Positions 62,530 through 64,000 of a DNA stretch of 64,000 nt are shown in pieces. Each line of letters opens with the position of its first letter. Within the stretch, counting starts at the first letter, position 1. A program made the translations under genes and the position numbers. The stretch lies in NCBI RefSeq assembly GCF_036365525.1, contig NC_090405.1:52058308-52122307 (forward strand). Direction: 5' to 3'. Below the pieces are notes generated by a model that worked only from the letters and a program-made list of their open reading frames with translations, searched no databases and was not told where the DNA came from. Source of the DNA: Heterodontus francisci. Lineage: Eukaryota.

Positions 62530-64000
62530 CAAGCCAGAAACAGGTCCAGCTCTTGCTTGAAGGAAGTCGGCGAATCAGCATTGGCCACATGAGCTGGCAG
62601 CCTGTTCCACAGGTCCACTATTGCCTGGGAAAAGAACCACTTCCTAACATCTAGTCTAGTTCTGCCTTTACATAACTCGAGATTGTGACCCCAAACTTAT
62701 TTGGTTGAAACAAGCCGTGTACACAAACACAATCTAATCCCTTCATAATCTTGTACACCTGTATCAAATCACCCCTAAGTGTAAGCTGCTGTGAAGTGTA
62801 GAGAGTTATCTTGATAACTAAGGTGCTTTAAACTGTGAATTAGTCCAGTGGCCCTACTCTGCACCCTTTCCAAAGATTCAATATCACCCACTGTTTGAGC
62901 AGAGCACAGTATTTTAACTGAGGCTGAACCAAGGGCTTGTACAAGGACAAAATGCTTTGTTTTATAGTGAATTGTCCTGTAAATACACCCTGGTGCCCTG
63001 TTTGTTCTAGCTATCACTTCACAGCATTGGTCATGGACCTTTAGAGATTAAAGCATTAGAACATCCAGATCTCTTTCTTTCATCAGGAAACTTGCTATTT
63101 TGTTAGGCAAGGGTATTAAGGGTTACGGAACTAAGGAGGCTAGATGGAGTTAAGAAACAGATCAGCCATGATCTAATTGAATGGTGGAACAGGCTCGAGG
63201 AGCTAAATGGCCTTGTTCTATTTTTACGTCCTTCCCAGATCATTCCCCAAACACCTCCACCTAAATCCTTAATGAAAACAGTAACTAGCAACAGTCCCAA
63301 GACCAATTCCTGCAGGACACCAGTGGTGACCAGTCCCCACATAGATTCAAATCCATCTACAACCACTTTCCGACTATGGGCTTCCAGCCAGTTCTCAATC
63401 CAGCACAGCAGATTTCAATCAACACCCGAGACTTGGATCTTGTAGAGAAGCCTCTTGTGCGGTGCCTGATCAAAAGCTTTTTGGAAATCTAAGTAGACAA
63501 TGTCTGCCAGGTTTTCTTCATCCACTATTTTGGTGACTCCTTCAAATAATACAACTAAATTACAGCAGTAAGACAGGACCTCCTATTTCTGAGACTGTTG
63601 GGTGTCACTGATATGTCTATCTCTTTCCAAGTGATCATATATTCCATCCCTGATGATTCCCTCTAGCATCTTCCCTACTACTGGTGTCAAACTAATGGGC
63701 CTATACTTACCCAAATCTGTCCCATCAACTGTCCCATCTCTGAGGACACTCAGGTGGATGTCATCCATCCCAGCTGCCCTACCTATTTTAAGGTTCCTTA
63801 TTCTATCTATAACAATATGTTCATCAATATTAATATAAACAGTATAATTAACAATGTCATCTAATTCTGTCAGTCAACAGTGAAGATCGATGCAAAGTAT
63901 TCCTTTAGCATCTCTGCCATACCCTGAGAGTCCTTCATAGTCTGACCTTGATCATCCTTCAGTGACTCAATACAGACTTTGAGGTTCTCTCACTCTTCAC
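62530..64000 (-). mobile_element. Old, degenerate CR1-type LINE (RT region)
   Basis: YRPISLTPVVGKMLE, GVLQELVLG and LERVQSRAT fragments. Confidence 0.75.

Overview
Intron-rich, repeat-dense vertebrate genomic DNA. The SINE, CR1 and Penelope repeats suggest a cartilaginous fish such as a shark (inference). I rebuilt three complete spliced genes by hand, all on the minus strand and all with GT-AG introns and open frames: VPS33B (23 coding exons, 37400->3730, 615 aa), HDDC3/MESH1 (4 exons, 43721->40281, 180 aa) and NGRN/neugrin (3 exons, 51222->47502, 307 aa). The rest is CR1, L2 and RTE LINE fragments, a Penelope-like element (PLE), tRNA-derived SINEs, solo LTRs, MITEs and four tandem-repeat arrays. 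Most notable: (1) minimal hammerhead-ribozyme motifs at PLE termini, two in sense orientation in host introns, plus a separate TSD-flanked PLE insert whose 5' end falls at the predicted self-cleavage site; (2) a 30-bp minisatellite in VPS33B intron 1 whose unit carries a DR4 nuclear-receptor element; (3) a palindromic ETS-like 23-bp array just upstream of the NGRN ATG; (4) unassigned candidate terminal exons near 58-61 kb. Repeat boundaries without TSDs are approximate, and repeat family names come from memory, not from searches.
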